From the NCBI GenBank assembly GCA_013239625.1, contig MU054204.1, forward strand, positions 458,879 to 522,878: a stretch of 64,000 nt of DNA. The letters run 5' to 3'. The position numbers and the translations under genes are program-made. The notes under the pieces were generated by a model. It ran no database searches and was not told the origin of the DNA. It saw only the letters and a list, made by a program, of their open reading frames with translations. The DNA is from Lama guanicoe (lineage: Eukaryota). Every line of letters begins with the position of its first letter. Positions within the stretch are counted from its first letter, which is position 1. Below, piece by piece: positions 1 to 13,415 of this stretch.

Positions 1-223
1 TAATTTTGGAAAATTCTCAGCCATTGTGACTCTAAATATTTCTTCTGCTCCTTTCTATCTTTTCCTTTTGTTATTCCCATTACACAAATTATCCCAAATT
101 TTATATATTATGTTATGTCTTTTTAATCCTTTTTCCTCTTTACATTTCAGTTTTGGAAGTTTCTGTTGACACACCTTCTTCCATATCTGAATCTTGTTCT
201 GATGCTTGTTTTGTCTCTTCATA

Positions 224-292
224 TTTTTTTTAACATTTTTTATTGAGTTCTAGTCATTTTACAATGTTGTGTCAAATTCCAGTGTAGAGCAC
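224..292 (-). mobile_element. Very short 3'-terminal fragment of a young L1
   Basis: taacattttttattgagttctagtcattttacaatgttgtgtcaaattccagtgt closely matches the reverse complement of the tail of the L1 at 45970-46040. Confidence 0.8.
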
Positions 293-311
293 CTTTTACC
301 ACTCCTTGTAA

Positions 312-351
<40 letters not shown>

Positions 352-352
352 G
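312..352. repeat. (GTT)n microsatellite
   Basis: About 13 perfect TGT/GTT units. Confidence 0.95.
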
Positions 353-1365
353 AAAGCTAGACATGATGTATCAGGTAATAAGAACTGAGGTAAGTATGCC
401 TTTAGTTGGAGGTTTTATGTTTATCTGGCTGGGAGTTAGGCTGTTTAATTTTTCTGTAGAAAGCTTAGATTTCCTGTAGTGTCCTCATTTTTGTCTCCTC
501 TGTTGTCCTTGAGTTTGCCTAGAGGCCCCTTCCTAGATAGAGTCCACTGTTCTTTCAGCTGTAATCCACTGTTATTATAAAGGTACACTGTTGATGTTGT
601 GGTGAGGTGTGAGAGGAAAGAAAATATTCAATAATCATATTATTAGATGTCATTCTTTTTGTGGGCCTGTGTTTTTATCCAATTTGATAATCTCTCTTTT
701 TTAATTGAATTTTTAAATCATTAGCATTGAATATTATTATTGAGAGATTGTATTTGTGTCTATCATTTCCCTTTTTGTTTTCTATATCTCATGTCTGTTC
801 TGTTCCTCTATTTCTCCTTTAATGCCTTTTTTTTGCATTAAGTGAATATCCTTAGTATAACATTTTAATACCACTAGTGTATTTTCATTATATATTCTTA
901 CTGGCTTCTCTAGGTATTACCATATATGTCTTAACTTATCAGAATCTACTTCAGAATTATGCTAACTTAATTCCAGTATGATGTAGAAACTTTATTCTTA
1001 TAAAGCTGTATTGTCCTTGTTTTGTGCTATTATTGTAATACATATTACACCTATATATGATAAAAACCAATAATATATTGTTTTAACTATAGCATTATAT
1101 AAATTTATATATTTGAAAGAAGCTGAGAGATGAAAGAACAGAAAGCATATTTTATATAGTTTATTATAGTAGCCTTCTTAATTAACTATTTTTGGTTTTC
1201 TTTGTTTCTTCCTGTGTATTCAGGTTACCTTCTGGTGTCATTTTCTTACTCCAAATCAGCTTTTTTCCTACTCGTATCCTTTGTCCTTTTATTAACAAAT
1301 GGATCACATTCTATATGTGATGGGCTCAAATACGATTATATACATATTGCTTTATGTGATTGCTC

Positions 1366-2497
1366 TTTTTATATACCAACTAACCAACACATAAGCTTTA
1401 TCAGTCAATACCTATATACCAGGTAAGGCTGGGATAAGAAAAAGTCCTGTAAGATCTTACGTCTTATACCCCAAAAGCAGTGGCTCTACAATGAGAAGGA
1501 CTTGGGGGAAGATACTAAGTCTATGTGTACATAAATATTACATGGCAATGGGGATTGATGAGGACCAATATCCACAAGTAACAAAAGACTTACTGTCCAC
1601 TTCACTACAAAAGACTGTTTCAAAAAAATAAAAAATAAAAGGTCTTTGTGGTGAGCAAAGTATGAAGTTAAGCAAAGTAAGTAGTTTCAAGGATCCTACA
1701 GTAAATGTGGGCTCAGCAGTTTCTTGGTCCTGAGGTTACTTGGCCTCTTTCTCCATGCAGTTCTTCCAGAATTCATTTTTTTTTAACTACATTCAACCTG
1801 TCATTGATGACATAGGGTTACTACTTTCTTCTTTAGGGCAAAGATGGGGAATATCTGCTTATTTTCATCTTAATAAGTGGAACCTGTGTTTGCAGAGGAC
1901 TCAAATTCCCCTGTTTGGGAGGTACCTTTTTGATGGGGTTGTAACTTGCTGTCCTCAGGTGTTGCCTGCATACAGCTGAATTACAGTGAAGAGCACATAC
2001 TGCAAGGACACTCCAGCACACCTTACTGACTGCAGGAGGATCAGGAAGAGTTGTTAGCACCAGGCTTCATTACTGCAAGGCAGTTCTCCCTCTGGACTTG
2101 CTTTAAGTAACAGCAGTTCCCCAGATAGAACAGATGTATTGGAAAAGTGCCTCACCTTGTTCTGGCAGCCTTGATTCTTGCTGAAAAGGAACTTAGAACA
2201 GAGTCCTTGACATTCAAGTATCTTCTAATGGTGGAAGAAAATCACTGGAGAACTACCTGGAAATCTCATGGGCCTATGACAACGTCATATGTGCAGTGTC
2301 CCACAGCTCATTTGAATGCAGCTTGTATGTTTCTCCTGTCATTGAGAGGGCTTCAGATCACTTTAGGCTTCTTCCCTGTAATTTATTTCATCCTTGATTT
2401 GCCACTAGATTTGTGTATGATCTTGCCAGAGCTCTGGGTTTGGGGTGGGATATGTGGTTGAAAACTGATGTTCAAGACTGCATATCTGTTGGAAAAT
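1366..2497 (-). pseudogene. Candidate decayed processed pseudogene (retrocopy), parent gene not identified
   Basis: About 1.1 kb of non-repeat, higher-GC sequence that interrupts an old L1, which resumes on the other side; weak TSD ttgctc/ttgctt (1360, 2498); minus strand has broken coding-like frames ending KNEFWKNCMEKEAK* followed by about 370 nt of 3'UTR-like sequence. Confidence 0.45.
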
Positions 2498-2731
2498 TTG
2501 CTTTTAAAATCAGCTATACTGTTATAATTTCTTACTTAATTACCTTTATCTGTGCTCATTGTTTATCTTGTGGACTTTAATTACGATTTGGTGTCAGTTG
2601 CTTTTAACCTGAAGAACTTTCGTTAGTATTTCTTGCAAATCATGTCTGCTAACAACAAAGTCTCTCAGGTTTTGTTTATCTGAGACTGTCTTTATTTCTC
2701 CTTCCTTTTTGAAAGATAGTTTTACTGAGTA

Positions 2732-3001
2732 CAGTTGACCCTTGAACAATGTGGGAGTTAGGGGTCCCAACCCTCTGTGCAGTCAAAAATCTGTATAGAA
2801 CTTAAAGTCAGCCTTCTGTATATGTGATTCTTCTGTATCCACAGATATAGAGGAACCTTGGGTACAGGGGAACCACATATTCAGATCCTTGAATTCAACC
2901 AACCACGGATTGTGTAGTACTATATAGTATTTACTATTGAAATAAATTTTCATATAAGTGCACTCATGCAATTCAAACTCGTTCTGTTGAAGGGTCAACT
3001 G
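2732..3001. mobile_element. MER8-like non-autonomous Tc1/mariner-Tigger DNA transposon
   Basis: TIRs cagttgacccttgaaca / tgttgaagggtcaactg flanked by TA duplications at 2730-2731 and 3002-3003. Confidence 0.9.
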
Positions 3002-4340
3002 TATAAGATTCTTGCTTGACAGGTTTTTTTTTTTTCACCTCTTTGAAGATGTCATGGCACTACTTCCTGGCCTCCATTGTTTAAGATGAGAAGCAATTTG
3101 TTCATCTTATTGTATCACCCTTGTACATAATGAGTCATTTTTCTCTCACTGACTTCAAGATTTTTGTCTTTCATCATTTTGACTATATGTCTGTATGCGG
3201 CTCTTCTTGAATTTATTCCTCTTGGAGCTCACTGACCTTCCTGCATGTGTAGGTTAATATTTTCCATCAATTTGGGAAATTTTCAGTCAATATTTCTATT
3301 AATACTTTTCTGTTCATTTCTCTCTCTCTTCTCCTGGTATTCTCACTATGCATATGTTGGTATACTAAATGAGGTCCCATATTTATCTGTATCCCTGTTC
3401 AATTGTTTTTCACTCTTTTTCTGCTCTGTTCAGATTGCCTAATTTTTTTAAATCTATCTTTAAGTTCACTGATTATTTTCTTTTGCCAGCTGAAATCTAT
3501 TTTTGAGCCATTTTAGTGATTTTTCATTTTGGTTACTTTTCAAATCCAGAATTCTCTTTGGTTCTTTTTGATAATTTCTCTCTGTAATTTTTCAATTTTG
3601 TGAGATATTTTCATCATACCATTTTTAATTCTTTAAGCAAGTTTCCCATTAGTTGTTTGAACATATTTATAATAACTGCTTTGAAGTCTTCGCCTACTAA
3701 AGTCAACATATGGATCCCCTCAAAGGCAGTTTCTATTGTATGCCTTTTTTTCCAGTATCTGTGTCTTACTTTCCTGTTTCTTTGCATATCTCAATTTTTC
3801 AATAAAATGAACATTTTAGATAATATGTTGAAACAACTCTGGGTACAGATTCTCTCTCTCCCATCTATATTTTTATTTCTTGACTTCTTGTTTGTTTGTT
3901 TTGTGACTTAGCTGGACTATTTTAGTGAAGTCTATTTCCCCTTGATACTGTTGGTCCTCAGAGGGTACGCCTTAGGCATGCACTGTTTTCCTGTCCACCA
4001 GGCATGACTGTGGCTTTAGTCTGATTCTCTTTGAATGTATCTTTCCCTGATGCTCTGTTTCTTAGTATTATACCCAGCTGTTTGCCTCTATTAATTGCTA
4101 GCTGATTGTTCTATTGTTTTCAACAATGCTCTGTAGCATAAATTGCTCCACAGTTTGATCTATTTGAGTTGGGTTCCTTGGCAGGGACAGTGTTGCCAGT
4201 CCTTTAGGCTTGTTCAGACCTGCCTCACGAAAGAAATTCTGCATTATAGATCAGAAGCTGGGGGTGGGGTGGAAATAAGAAATGGGAAACCCATTATTCA
4301 CTAGATGTCCCACTTAGATCTTCCCTCTGGAGCAGGTGGG

Positions 4341-4382
4341 GTGTGTGTGTGTGTGTGTGTTTGTGTGCACGTGTGTGTGTGT
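4341..4382. repeat. (GT)n imperfect microsatellite
   Basis: Direct observation. Confidence 0.9.
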
Positions 4383-5109
4383 ATAAGAGGCACTGGAGCA
4401 TACAGGAGGCACTGGTGTCACTCTCAGCTGCTGACACTATATAGTATGAATCTTTTGCAGTTCAGAGCTGGGGAGGATGGGATCTACAGTGTTCACTGGC
4501 CACTGAGTCTACCAGGTCTTCCACTGTGGAAATCTTGGCTTGGTGGGAGCTACCACTTGACTGCCAAGTGCACTGGAACAGGTCTCTTATAACCCAGAGC
4601 TCTGCAAGAAAGAGGGACTATTTTCTTCATCAGTCACCCTGCCTGGATTCTCCCTATATAGTGGGAGTTGGGGGTGGGGAACAGGTGCCTCCTGGCTACT
4701 GCCACCTATTCTACGTAGATCTTCCACATAACAGAGCTGTGGAAAATGGGATCTGACAATGTTTACCAACTTCTGAAAGCACACAAAATAGCTTTTCCAC
4801 CCCAGGGGCCTGGGGAGATGAGAATTGCCACTTGGCAATGGAGCCTGCTGAAATAGTTCTATGTGGCAGAGTTGTCAGGGATGGCTGCAGTCTTTAGCTT
4901 AAATGCTGTGGCCTCTCATTGTTCTTACTGAGTTTCTATATATTTTTAAAATAAATGTTTCTCAACTTTTTGTAAGCCCTTTGGTCAATCTCCAGAGATT
5001 TTGATAATTTTGACCAGCTTACTGAATGTTTTTCTGGGCCAGAGATTTCCTTGAGCTCCTAACTTAGCCATTCTGGAAGTTAGACATTTTGGAAGTTTTG
5101 CCTTTTATA

Positions 5110-6600
5110 GCCATTCTTGTAGACTAAGTCATTTACACGTAGTCTCTCCACTTCCTCCTTTCATTTCCTCCTCAAACTATTGAAGTCTGGCTTCTGTCCC
5201 TACTATTCTCATATGATAAGTTTCCCAGTGACCTCCTATCTGTCAAATCAATGTACACTTTTCAGTTCTAATTTCACCTAAAACTCTTCACAGAATTTGA
5301 CTTTGTGGACCAATCCCCTTTTGAAACTCTTTCCCATCTTGGTTTTTGTGATGCCATTCTCTCCTGAGTCTCCTCCTACTTTTCAAACTATGCTTTGACA
5401 GTCTATCTTTAGACTCTTCTTTATCTACCTTCCCTTTAAATGATGGGATTTCCCAGATTTCCCTCCTTGTTGCTTCTTTCTCATAAATTCTAACTAGGTA
5501 ATCAAATTCACCCCTTTAGTTTCAAGTACCACTAATATTAAAGTGCCTCCCAAATATATATCGATATTACCTTGCCTGGAACTTGATAGTTGTGTATCCA
5601 AAAGCCTACTGAAAATCTTCACACACCTGTTTCTTGGGCTTTTCAATTTCAACATCTACAAAACAGGCATTATCATATACCTCCCCTCAAACTTGTTCCT
5701 TCTGTATTTTCAGTTTCAAAAAATTGCACTAATATCCACCCAGCCCCTCAGGACAGAAACTGATAAATCATCTTTAATTGGTCTCCCTTATTCCCCCACC
5801 AATCCAATCAAGTCACCAAGTCCTATTGATTTTATCCCCCAAATACCTCTCAAATTTACCCCCCAAACATCTCTCAGATTTATTCTTTTGTCTCTAGTCT
5901 TACTGTGCCTGCCTCAGTTCAGCAACCACCATGTCTAGCCTTAACCTAGTGGTCTCTAGGTTCTAGTCTAGCCCCAATACTTCCCTAGCATTCACACAGC
6001 AGCCAGAATGATGTATCTCTAACACACTAATGTTGTTGTCATTACCTTTGTAAAAACCCTGTAACAGCTTCTCATCACCAACAGGATACTGTTCAAATTT
6101 CTTATGTTCTATAAGGTCCTTCATGATCTGACCCCTGACCACTTATCTGATTGCATCTCTCACTAATTTCACCCTTCTTCCATCCCTTCCCATCATCTAT
6201 CCAAAGCTACTGAATACTCTAACAAACATCTTTTCTGCTTTAGATTAGATCTCTGTTGCTTACAATAACAATTCCAACCAATTCATGACCTCTTTGTGTT
6301 ACTCAGCAAATGAATCAGGCTTTTGAAATCTTCCTCATCTTTTCAGAAGTTCTTCAAAAAGTTAGAGTACCCCACTTACATATTGTGACTGCCTAACAAT
6401 ATCTACAAATTCTTCAAGATTCATTTCCAGTATCAACTCTTCCATGAGGCCATCCTTGGCATTCCTATACTAAATTAAGCATTTTCTCTTTCACTAGACC
6501 TGTGGGTTTCCAAGTGTAGTGTTCATCTCTTTACCCATGAGTCCTAGCATGGTGCCTAGTATATAACAGGTGTTCTGTAAATGTTTAATAAGTACATGAG
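5110..6600 (+). mobile_element. L2 LINE remnant
   Basis: RT-region motif gtctggcttctgtccctac...tgacctcctatctgtcaaatc and 3' end cctagcatggtgcctagtatataacaggtg. Confidence 0.7.
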
Positions 6601-6845
6601 TGATAGCTACCACTTACTGAGTTTCCATTATGTACAGGATGCTCTACTATTGCTTTTTTTAACATATGCTAATGCAACTCTGTCAATAACCTTAAAAATT
6701 TTGCATTATTATTATCATCATCCCTTTTATACATAAGGAAACCAAGGCACAGAGAAGCAAAGCCCCTTGCCTAAGGTCATATGGCTGGTCAGTGGCAGTG
6801 TCTGAATTGGAATTCAGTTCTTCAGGACTCTGAATCCTACACTTT
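6600..6845 (-). mobile_element. MIR SINE
   Basis: MIR core cccttttatacataaggaaaccaaggcacagaga...cttgcctaaggtcatatggct. Confidence 0.75.
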
Positions 6846-7394
6846 ATAAACTTATGGAGTGAACCTCAAGTTGGGAGTATAGTGAGTAGCATAAACAAAA
6901 GTACATAAAAAAACAAATGTGCAGAATTGATAAGAAAGCATACATTTATGGGAAATGAAAGAATTCAGCTGGTTTGTAGATCTGCAGAAGCTGGCATAGT
7001 AGGAAAAGATCTGAATGTAGATGATCTGAAATGCCAAACAGAGAAGTATGGATTTTAGCAGACATATATAGGAGTGACATGATGAATGTGTCCTTTTGAG
7101 AATATTAACCAAGTGTCACTGTACAAGATGGATTTGAGGCCAAGAGACGGAAGGACAGGAAATAATTCGGGCCCTTGATGGTACTCAGCAATCTTGTTCC
7201 TCAACAGTTTCCTCTCTTCTTCCTCTCAGCAGGTTCCAGGCTTTTAAACACTTTTATTCAGCCCCTTATCTGCCCCAACTGCTTGCACTTTCAGCAACTG
7301 ACCTTTATTGAGAGAAAGTTAAAAGACTTAGGTAGGAATGCCTTCCATTCTTGACTCTCTATTTCCAAATTTATTTCTAGCTTGTCCCTTCCTT

Positions 7395-7600
7395 AATAAT
7401 AATAGCTACGATTTTGAGCACTTACTGTCTCATATAATCCTTACAAGTACACTGTGAGAAAGGTTTAGTTATCCTCAGTTTGTAACTGAGAGAATTGAGG
7501 CCTGGAGTGATTCAGTGCTTGTCAAGTACACCCAGATAGCAAGTGGCAGATCTGGGATTTGAACCTAAAGCTATTTGATTCCAAGATCACCTTATAACTA
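7395..7600 (-). mobile_element. MIR SINE
   Basis: aattgaggcctggag...aagtggcagatctgggatttgaaccta. Confidence 0.65.
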
Positions 7601-7639
7601 CTACAGCCTGAAAGTGAAAGGTATCTATATCACTCTCCC

Positions 7640-8755
7640 TTTGGGCTCCATTCCACCCACCCATCTCTGCCCACCTCCTTGAGGACCTTATCCCCTATCT
7701 TTCTCCAGTAAAGTCAACCTCTCTATTTCTGTAGACTTTTTCTCTCAGTGTATATATACCCTAAAGCCTCATGTATTAAAAAAAAGTAACAAGTCAACAA
7801 AAGAGTCAATTTCACCCATATTTTTCCCTATAAACATCATCCGAATTCATACTCTTTATTCCATGTGCCTGTAAATATCTGTCTACCTTGTCTCTACTTC
7901 CTCACCTCCCACACTAGAATCTGGTTTCAGTCTCTATCACTACATGACATCACTTTTGCTAAAACTACCAAACTGACAAATCCTAGTTCAGTCCTTAAAT
8001 TACCTAGTCTCTCTGTTCCAGTCTTCTCCTCCTTGCCCCTCTTCCACTGTATCCTCTAGTGTTCACTTCCATACCACTACCTACAGATTCTTCAGATCCC
8101 CATCATTGCTTGTCTAAATAAATATCCTTTCCCCACTTTTGCCATCACTAATCCAATCTCCACACTGGCTGTAAGAGTGAACTTTCTAAAATGTTAAAGC
8201 TAACCATGTTATTGCCCTACTTAAAATCCTTCAGTTCAAATACAGAACTATATAATTTGTTGTACATGGCCCTCACAGAATTACAGCCCTTGTTTGAATT
8301 CCAGCTTCATCTTCCCCAACTCCTTCCTGCACACACTGTGCTCCAGCCATATGTAATATCTTGTTTACTTGTACCCTCATGCCTTTACATGTGCTTTGTT
8401 CCCTCTTTTTGGTACATTTCTTTGCCCTGGTCACTTGCTGAACTTCTCTTCCTTCAAGACTCAATTCAAATGGAGTTTCTTTCATTTTATCTGACTCGCC
8501 TTCCTGCCCTTTCTCCACTCCTGCCCTTTCCACATGTCTCAATCTCCCAGGCACAGTTTGTTGCTTTGCCCTCTGTTTCTATACAGTACCTCTAATAGCA
8601 CTAACAGACTCCAACAACAATCATTTTATGCTTCAATAGGACTGTTAACTCCTCAAAGTTAGAAAATGGGTCATAAACATTGTTGTATCTTCAGTGTCTG
8701 GCACATAGTAGATGTTCAATGAATGTTGAACGTAAAGAATGAATGAATGAATGAG
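7640..8755 (+). mobile_element. L2 LINE remnant with 3' end
   Basis: Ends cagtgtctggcacatagtagatgttcaatgaatg...gaatgaatgaatga. Confidence 0.65.
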
Positions 8756-9297
8756 GCTGTCGACTTTGTCCAGATATATAAAATAACAAAGACTTGGCCT
8801 ATGATAGAAGCCATAGGACTATAAAATAGAAGACAGAATAGGCCTTGACAGGATATGGAAAAGAGAAGATGAACAAAGCAGCAAAAATACTTGAAGATGT
8901 TGGCATTGATGGCAGAGAATGGAAAGCTGATAGGATTGAAGCAAAAATACTAAAATAGGACTAGTTATATTCAATGTAAACATATGACATATCCAGGTAG
9001 CAATTTGGAGCCACTGGAAATAGAGGGACAAAGCTTAGGAATGAAGTTGAGGTTTCCAGTATGGAACCTGGAAACGCCCTTCCCTTACAGAAAATAGATG
9101 TCTCGTAGGACTCAGTTTGATTGAAATGTCCCTGTATCGTTTTCTTATCTCCCACAGATTTGGGGAAGATAGTTATTAAGAGCTTCCTATTAGTTATATA
9201 TAGAGATTTCTGGTCCTATAAACCAGGACCAGATTACTGTGGTTGCATGTGTGTGAGTGAATGAGTGATAAGGGCAGACATCCCAGTTCCCTTTCAG

Positions 9298-9570
9298 TCA
9301 CTCATTCATTCAACAAATATTTAGCAAGCACCTACTGTCTACTAGACTCTGGGCAAGGGGCTGGTCTCAACTAGACAGATTAAGTTCTTGATATCCTGTG
9401 ATACATGGGACTGTGAACAAAACATCATAAAACAAATAATCATATGGATGTATATAAAAGAAATGTAAATTGCAAATTATGAAAACCATGATGATATAAA
9501 AGGAGGGAATAACTGGAGGAATTCCTCAAGAATTCTTTGAGAAAGTGATATTTAAGCAGAGGCGTTAAGT
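9298..9570 (-). mobile_element. L2 3' end
   Basis: cattcattcaacaaatatttagcaagcacctactgt. Confidence 0.6.
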
Positions 9571-9839
9571 TTCATCAGCCTTCTCAATGATCATCTACTT
9601 AGAAATAGGGCAAAACCTGTAAATTAAAACTCATTCAATGCTGGGGAGCTCAGCTGTGCATCCATCTGAGCCTCTCAGGCTCACTCCCATATGTATGTAT
9701 GTATGTGTATATATACACACACACACACATACACACAAACACAAAACACAACCACCATCATCCCCATTCCCACAAATCTGCTCAGTTATGGTGGCAGAGA
9801 AGCAAAGACTCCTGGGATCAAGGAATAGGAAGTGCTCTA

Positions 9840-10325
9840 TGATAGGTAGTCTCCAAAGATGACCCTTAATGAACAATACTTCCCAGTGTTCACAACTTTA
9901 TATAGTTTCTCTGCATTGATTCTAGGCTGGCACTGTGACTTATTTTCACCAATAGTATGTGGCAGAAATGATGCTTTGTAAATTCTGAAGTTGGGTCTTA
10001 AGGTATCTGAAGTTTCTGTTTTCACCACTTAAGTATACTCCTTCTTGAACCCAGCTGAGTTGCTGTGAGGAAGCCTAAGCAGTCTTGTGAAGAGGCCCAA
10101 AGGAAATAAAACCAAGCCCTCAGCCAACAGTTCAGCTGAGTTCCCAGCCAACAGTTAGCATCAACCAACCGGCCACGTTAATGAGACCATTTCTGATCTT
10201 CTAATCATCCCAGCATCTCAACTGATAGCACATGAAACAAACTGCCAGGTCAACACATAGAATAATAAAAATTGATAAACCATTGTTGTTTTAAACCACT
10301 AAGTTTTACAGCAATAAGTGAAATA
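9840..10325 (+). mobile_element. MaLR solo LTR (MLT1F/G-like)
   Basis: tgtgacttattttcaccaatagtatgtggcagaaatgatg, cagccaacag repeats, tgttgttttaaaccactaagtttt. Confidence 0.7.
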
Positions 10326-13300
10326 ATTCCTAACATCCATGAAAGACCAAAAGTTAGATAATGTGTTTAACGAAAGCTGCACAAATTATCTTCTTCGTAA
10401 TTTCGAGGTTTTGTTTATTTTGTATTTTCCAAAATTTTTCTTTTATAATGATCAGTAATTGCCTTTGTAATTAGAAAAACATAAACATTTTAAGACTTTT
10501 AAGGCAGCAACATTCTGGGGTGATTTGGGTGTAGCCTTGGCCAGAGGCTTGAGTGGTCACCCTGATAGATGACTGCCCACACAATTCCTTTGCTGAAATC
10601 TGTTGACTGCACAAATGAGAACTCCATATTTTTTACCTAGTCAGTGCAGTACTGGTAAAGTATCTTCCTGACTCATATGAGTCCAGTCCACTGTTAGAGG
10701 CTGAATAAAAGGCACTCCTAATTGTTAGGAGATTATGAATAGAATGGAGTAAAGCAAGGAAATTAAATCAATAATATAGAAAAAAACACAACACATAGCT
10801 AAAAAAGCCTGTAAGCTTTGGAGTCTTGGGAAGAGAGTGGCTGGACATTTCTGGGAATAGCTGAAATCCTGCTATTGGGAGAAAAGGCACAGACCTTTAA
10901 GTATCCTTGTCCCTCTCAATCCTCACCTTCCTTCTGATGAATTTCTTTGTTTGGCAAGAGGTATACAGATAATGCAGGTAAACTTCAACTTTCCAAATAA
11001 GCAGATCAAAATGAGAGTTGCCCAACTGATATTCTCTATCAGACAAGAACCCTTTCTTCTCTTGGCAAGAAGATATCCCATTTGGCACCAGAAACTTTAT
11101 GGCAGCAAAACAATGCAGAGGAATTGGACACAAAAATGCATTTTCATGTCACTTGCCACAAAAGCAATGAGTTGAAAATTGCTATTTTAGCCTTTAAAAA
11201 AAGACATTTTTTTTAAAAAAAACTTTCTTCACATTTATCCCTTTCACAAAAGAGAGGTAGGTTTTAAATCTTTTCTCCTCTGTTATTCCATTCAATTAGC
11301 AGGTGACAATCCATTTCCATCCAATCTGTTGATTAAATGTGCATCAACTCATTCAGATTCAGTCAACCAGCAACTTTGGTGACAGTCTTCTCTTCCATGT
11401 GTATAAATGTAACATAAACAGATATTCACAGCTTGATTATAAATATTTCTGCTTCAGCAACACACAAATGCTATTTATTGCTCATCTCCAAATTAGAAAT
11501 AAACTAAATCAAAGCTGAGTTCAACATTCAAAGTTTAAGACTGAGGTTATTATGAAACAGCAGAATGAAAGAAAATATGCTTTAACAATTTCAAGACAAA
11601 TCACCAGTCCCAAATTTGTGCTCTGGGAAAAAGCTTTGCTAAATTCTACTTACTGAAAGAAACAGCCAAAGAAATGCACAAAGGGAAATGGTTAGTAAGT
11701 TCCTGTCTCATACCTTGATAGTGTGGGTGTTAGACTGTGCATGAGTTGATGGTACATGGACTCAACAGCAAAAAGTGCTCTATTTCTTATTCAATCAACT
11801 ACGGTTTGATAAAAGTCTCCCTTTTATCTTCTCCTAGAATTACAAAATGAAATTAATATGTACATGTGTTCTGATTTTGGCAAATACTGTGTGTGAAAAC
11901 CAAGGCCTGCAGAAGTAAGAAATCTTGCCTTGGTGACACCTAGAAAGGCTGGTAAAGAGGTGACTGAGAGCTGAGAGCTGTTGGAGAAAATGTGAGTTTT
12001 GAAATTAATGATGCAAGCTTTGAAATATGACCAGTTCAGGTATAGTTACTTCAGAGGCTGGGAATATAAGGAAGGGTCTTGATTCTAGGTGATTCTGTTG
12101 ACAGCATCTGAGGAATCTACAATATTTGGAATTGGACAGGAAGGGGCTCATTTATTGAGTCACCAGAAAGGCTGCAAGAAAAGAACTCTGGTCTTGAATG
12201 AAAAGTGATATTCATTCATTGATTTATTCAAAATATATTCAATGGGTTACTACTCCATGCCATGCCTTGTTATAGATTCTGGGGATAGAGCAGTGAACAA
12301 AACAAAGTCTCTGCTCTCACAGACCCTTCATTTTAGTAACTACATTGAAAATGGCAGTAAACAAAATTTTAAAATGGTTGTAAAAGCGGGATCCATTTGT
12401 GAGTGATGTCTGTAATTTCACTTGTACAAGCTGTGTCTGACTCCCGAACTGATTTAAATTCCCTTATGGGCATCTCTCTATCAATACCAGGGAGACACTC
12501 CCACCCCTGAGATTCTTCCCTTTCTGCTTTAGCTCTTGACTTTTCATCCTGCAACTCTCTGTGTCTGACTTTTAGGGAGATCAGGATGCATTAAGAAAGA
12601 ATGCCAACTCCCTATTATGGAATATACCCCTCAGCTTGTTCTGGCCTCAAAGGAAGGTCCTTGAGTGTCCCCGTCTGTTGCCTGAAGGTGATACTAGATA
12701 AGAGAAGCTAGGAAGTGTGAAGGCAGGCCAGAAGGTGGGAGATGGATCTGAATTCTGACTCTGGTTGGTTAATTACTTCCAAGAGGCATCCTGCTGTGGG
12801 ACCATAAAACCAAGAGTACATGATACTGCCCAAGAGTAGTCAGAAAGGGATAAAAACAGGGAAGGACCATAAGCAGAAAAAAGAACCTGAGCTAGAATAC
12901 AAATAATTGTATTTTCTAGGTTAAAGGAATTTTATAACCTTCTGAATAAAAAAACTGTATGCATTTGCTGCCTTTGTGAGCCAAGGAAGGTGTTAAACTG
13001 AAAAATCAAGTAGTCTGAATCATAGTTGATACCCATAAGCATAGTGTTAAAACACACCTGCACCAGGATAACTTTTGAATAAGTTTTGAAGTGAAATTAA
13101 ATATAATAAATAACTAGCCTCATCAGGCTCTAATGCCCTTGAAACTTTCCAGACATCCTCTTCAGAATTTCCACAAAACTCTCAATCTACCTCTTCATCC
13201 TCCTCTAATTAAACCTGATTTTCCTCAAGCGCTAGCATTCCAAGTACATAAAATAATTTCGTATTCAATTTTATTGTTTTCTCATTTACTCACTTAAGAG

Positions 13301-13415
13301 TAGCCCTTTTTTTTCTTTTGCATCACAAATGTTTCCATATTTCAGCTACATCACAAACTAAATTAGTTTGATGGCCTAGCCTTGGAACCTAACAACTATT
13401 TATAAAAGATCTTCT

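Larger units (their letters stand above)
1..5080 (-). mobile_element. Old fragmented L1M-type LINE-1 (ORF1, ORF2 start and 5' region), interrupted by younger insertions
   Basis: T-rich antisense L1 motifs such as tttggaaaattctcagccatt, cctgaagaactttcgttagtatttcttg and ggcctccattgtttaagatgagaag; no intact frame; boundaries approximate. Confidence 0.7.
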
